From: an uncultured Thermoleophilaceae bacterium
Lineage (GTDB): Bacteria; Actinomycetota; Thermoleophilia; Solirubrobacterales; Thermoleophilaceae
Reading direction: 5' to 3'
Assembly: GCA_963814005.1 (NCBI GenBank)
Contig: CAWFBA010000003.1
Coordinates: forward strand, 640 to 64,639
DNA: 64,000 bases
Shown here: one piece after another, positions 61,139 through 64,000 of the stretch
Position numbering within the stretch: position 1 is the stretch's first letter
How the letters are laid out: every line of letters begins with the position of its first letter
The notes under the pieces: model-generated
Told to the model about the DNA's origin: nothing
What the model saw: only the letters and a program-made list of their open reading frames with translations
Databases searched by the model: none
Made by a program: the position numbers and the translations under genes

Positions 61139-64000
61139 CTAGGCCATCCCGAGGTCGCGGAAGCTCGCTTGCGCTTCGGAAACCAGCGCCCCCCCGCGCT
61201 GGCTGTCGCCGCTGGCGCTGAGCATCTGCCCGTACGCGTGTTTGGTCCGGGCCACCCACGGGCGCGCGCGTGTGCGTTCGTTTACTTCAAGCGCCTGTTC
61301 GAAGTGGCGCTCGGCGTCATCCCAGCGCTCCATGATCGTCGCGAGCAGGCCCAGCGGACGGGCCACGCAACCCGTGCTGATCTCCGCGTAGCACACCGCG
61401 ACGTGGTCGGCGTAGGGCACGAGTCGCTCGTAGAGCTCGGCCGCGCGCTCGCGTTCGCCCAGCGCGGTCGCCGCCTCGGCCAGCAGCCCCATCTCCACCA
61501 GCCACTCCTCATCGAACGGCAGCGCCGCGAAGTCGTCGGCCGCCAGGGCTGTGAGCAGCTCGCGTGCTTCGCGCTTGTGGGCCAGCCCCGCGGCCGTCTG
61601 GGTCAGAACGCACCGCCAGATCGCGTAGGTCGAATAGTCCTCGACGGAGCGCCGTACCAGATCTTCGACCTCCTGCAGCCGGCCCTGCTCACGGCGCAGC
61701 AGGTAGAGCTGCAAGCCATGTGTGACGGCGGCATTCCAAGCCTGCGCGGCCTCACCCATTCCGCGCGCACGTTCGATCAGGTCCTCGGCCAGGGCGAGAT
61801 CGCCCTCCAACAATGCCATCAGCGCGCTGTAGGCCACCACGAACCACTCCTGCGACGGCTGTCGAAGCTCCTTCGCAAGCTCAGCCATGGCGGCGAGGTC
61901 TGCTTTGGCGCCGCCCAAGTCACCAACCTCGAGCAACGCCGTGAAGCGGTTCTCGTATCCCTCAGCTGCCCGCTCCAGATCGCCGGCCGCCGTGGCAACG
62001 TCGATGAGCTCGGTCCCCAGCGCTATCTGGGTGGGGATGAACTCCGGCGAGTGATTGGCGGGGATGAAACCCGCGATCGCGTACGCGATCGTTCCCGGGT
62101 CACCGATGCGACGCGCCATCGCAAGCGCCTCTTCGGACGCCTCTCTTTTTCTGTGGGCCGCGAAGACCGAATCGCGAAGCGGACCACCCCCAAGCCGAGC
62201 CAATAGCCGGACCCGCAGCGGGCTGTCCTCATCGCCCAACGCGGCCAGCGCCCGCTCGAGCAGCGGCACGTGCTCGGTGTCGCCGCGCGAGACCTCCCAG
62301 ATGATCCTGCCGCCATAGCCGAGCGCCGCCGAGGCAAGCCGCTCGGGGAGCCCGAGCCGTTCGGCCAGGTCGGCGGCTTCGAGAAACGACCCCTGCCCGG
62401 TACGCATGTCCCCCGCCCTCGCCTGAGCGTCGCCGAGCTTGACGAGCAGGTCGCAGCGTGCGGTGTCCTCGGCCACCAGGGTGAGCGCCATCGCGTAAAG
62501 ACGCGTCGCTTCCTCGAATGCGAGCTGGGCCGCGGCTCGATCGCCCGCGCGGTTGGCGTAGTCGAACGCCCTGTTCGGGACCGACCCCGCGGAGAAGTGA
62601 TGCGCCAGCTCTGCCAGGTGAGGGTCGAGGTCGTTGGAGTAGACGTCCTCGAGTGCCGCGGCAGCGTCCCGGTGAAGCTGTAACCGCCGCGCCGTGGACA
62701 GCTCGTCGTAGAGCGTGTCCCTGATCAGCGCATGGCCAAAGCGAAGGTGGCCCGGCGATCCGGGCACGTCGGTCACCACGCGCTCGCCCATTGCCTCGTC
62801 CAGCACGTCGAGCATCTCGTTGCGCGGCAGGTCGGTGAACCGCGCGAGCGCATCCAGCCCGAACTCGCGGCCCATGACCGCGGCCGGAAGGAGGAGCGAG
62901 CGACAGCGTTCGGAGAGGCGACCCACACGCTGCCCGATCACTGCTCGGACACCGGGCGGGATACGGAGATGCGCATTGGGGTCGGCCAGGCGGTCCTCGG
63001 CTTGGAGCAGCTGGACCACCTCCGCGACGAAGAGTGGGTTGCCTTCGGTCTCGGCATGGATCGCCTCCACCAGCCGGTCAGGCGGGTCGATGCCGGTCGA
63101 CTTCTTGATGTACTCGGCAAGGTCGGACTCGCTCAACCCCGTGAGCTCGATCCGCGTTGTGTGCGGCTCCCGAACGAGCTCCGCTAAGGCCGCTGTCAGC
63201 GGCTCGCCCAGAGTCGGGTCGACGTCGCGAAATGCACACACCACCAGCAGCCGGCTGTCGGCCATCTGGCGTGCAACGAAGCGCAGCAGTAGCAGCGATG
63301 GCTCATCCGCCGCGTGCAGGTCGTCGAGCATCACCACCAGCGGTTCCTCCCGTGCCGCGTTCCGAAGGAACGAGCTGACGGCCTCGAACAATCGGAACCG
63401 CGCGCCGTCCGACTCCTGGGCAATCGGCTCGGGAAGCGCCGGGAAGAGATCGTGAAGCTCGGTCAGCAATTGGGCCAGCTCTCCCACGCCGGTGCCGAGG
63501 TGGGCGCGCAGCGCGTCGGGCTCGGCTCCCTGGACGTATCCCCGCAGCGACTGCACCCAGGGCCAGTACGCGGGTGCGCCGCCGGCCTCCCAGCACCGCC
63601 CGACCAGCACGCAAGCCTCGCTCCGACGGGCTCGGTTCATCAGCTGGTCGGCGAGCCGACTTTTCCCGATGCCTGGCTCGCCCACGAGCAACACCAGGCG
63701 CCCCCTGCCGCCGAGGGCGTCCTCGAGGGTGTGAACGAGCGCGTCTAGTTCACGCTCGCGCCCCACAAAGACTTCGCCCGAGGGCACGGGACCAGGGTCG
63801 TCGGGCCGGTCCGGGCCAGCTGGGCGATCGCGCGCGAGCTCCGGAGCTTGGCGCAGGATCGCCGCTTGTAGCTCGCGCAGCTCGCGGCCCGGCTCGATGC
63901 CGAGCTCATCGGTGAGCGCCCGACGGGCGTCCTGGTAAACCGCCAGTGCGTCGGCCTGGCGCCCGCAGCGGTACAGAGCCAGCATCAGCTGCTTGCGAAG
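61139..64000 (-). CDS. SARP/AfsR-type regulator (BTAD + NB-ARC-like ATPase + TPR), N-terminus beyond the window edge
   Basis: BTAD end LALYRCGRQADALAVYQDARRALTDELGIEPG.ELRELQ. Walker A GEPGIGKSRL, Walker B VVMLDDLH, and a long TPR region. The ORF stays open to the window end. Confidence 0.88.
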   Translation of the reverse strand, partial: LRKQLMLALYRCGRQADALAVYQDARRALTDELGIEPGRELRELQAAILRQAPELARDRPAGPDRPDDPGPVPSGEVFVGRERELDALVHTLEDALGGRGRLVLLVGEPGIGKSRLADQLMNRARRSEACVLVGRCWEAGGAPAYWPWVQSLRGYVQGAEPDALRAHLGTGVGELAQLLTELHDLFPALPEPIAQESDGARFRLFEAVSSFLRNAAREEPLVVMLDDLHAADEPSLLLLRFVARQMADSRLLVVCAFRDVDPTLGEPLTAALAELVREPHTTRIELTGLSESDLAEYIKKSTGIDPPDRLVEAIHAETEGNPLFVAEVVQLLQAEDRLADPNAHLRIPPGVRAVIGQRVGRLSERCRSLLLPAAVMGREFGLDALARFTDLPRNEMLDVLDEAMGERVVTDVPGSPGHLRFGHALIRDTLYDELSTARRLQLHRDAAAALEDVYSNDLDPHLAELAHHFSAGSVPNRAFDYANRAGDRAAAQLAFEEATRLYAMALTLVAEDTARCDLLVKLGDAQARAGDMRTGQGSFLEAADLAERLGLPERLASAALGYGGRIIWEVSRGDTEHVPLLERALAALGDEDSPLRVRLLARLGGGPLRDSVFAAHRKREASEEALAMARRIGDPGTIAYAIAGFIPANHSPEFIPTQIALGTELIDVATAAGDLERAAEGYENRFTALLEVGDLGGAKADLAAMAELAKELRQPSQEWFVVAYSALMALLEGDLALAEDLIERARGMGEAAQAWNAAVTHGLQLYLLRREQGRLQEVEDLVRRSVEDYSTYAIWRCVLTQTAAGLAHKREARELLTALAADDFAALPFDEEWLVEMGLLAEAATALGERERAAELYERLVPYADHVAVCYAEISTGCVARPLGLLATIMERWDDAERHFEQALEVNERTRARPWVARTKHAYGQMLSASGDSQRGGALVSEAQASFRDLGMA

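Noticed and set aside
63961-64000. A one-base mismatch between my hand count of the last printed sequence line (39 nt) and the ORF-track coordinate 63985.
   Set aside because: It is most likely a display or line-length issue. Coordinates elsewhere checked out against the ORF track (e.g. 65, 50465, 53475, 58285, 58947, 61139), so no biological meaning is attached. Positions after ~61.2 kb may be off by 1.

Overview
High-GC (about 70%) bacterial chromosome segment. The gene content looks actinobacterial, possibly Thermoleophilia/Rubrobacteria-like: F420-type LLM oxidoreductase, SARP regulator, LMW-PTP-type ArsC and very Arg-rich secreted proteins. The lineage call is inference only.

Layout:
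- 0-22 kb, housekeeping: menG fragment and polyprenyl synthase, dcd, tatAC, tRNA-Lys, a P450, a wecB/wbpA/wbpB/wbpD-like UDP-sugar cassette, purA, dnaB with a DnaC/DnaI-like loader, and rplI-ssb-(FkbM methyltransferase)-rpsF.
- 22-40 kb, trehalose, envelope and stress genes: RsbW-like, TreT-like and OtsA genes, HtrA with a two-component system, thiL, PBP1A, MscS and an L,D-transpeptidase.
- 40-50 kb: a secreted lysyl-oxidase-like protein, pyrE, a DrrAB-like ABC exporter, glutamate decarboxylase and an ars cluster.
- 50.5-61 kb, accessory-looking and lower in GC, starting at tRNA-Arg(CCT). It holds a 111-bp direct repeat containing a 5'-half tRNA copy, gene fragments, an SBP56/methanethiol-oxidase homologue, a choice-of-anchor-D surface protein, a 41-nt poly(A) tract, a histone-H1-like gene and small coupled ORFs.
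- The window ends inside a SARP/ATPase/TPR regulator.

Caveats:
- At least ~30 single-base frameshifts, clustered in certain stretches, interrupt otherwise conserved genes. They are most likely draft-assembly homopolymer errors. Coordinates for those genes are frame-aware reconstructions done by eye.
- I saw no CRISPR array, integrase, transposase or rRNA gene.
- No single clearly novel multi-gene system can be proven from sequence alone. The strongest leads are the poly(A) tract, the atypical tRNA-Arg 5'-half duplication, the lysyl-oxidase-like gene next to an L,D-transpeptidase, and a diiron R2-like gene coupled to arsM.
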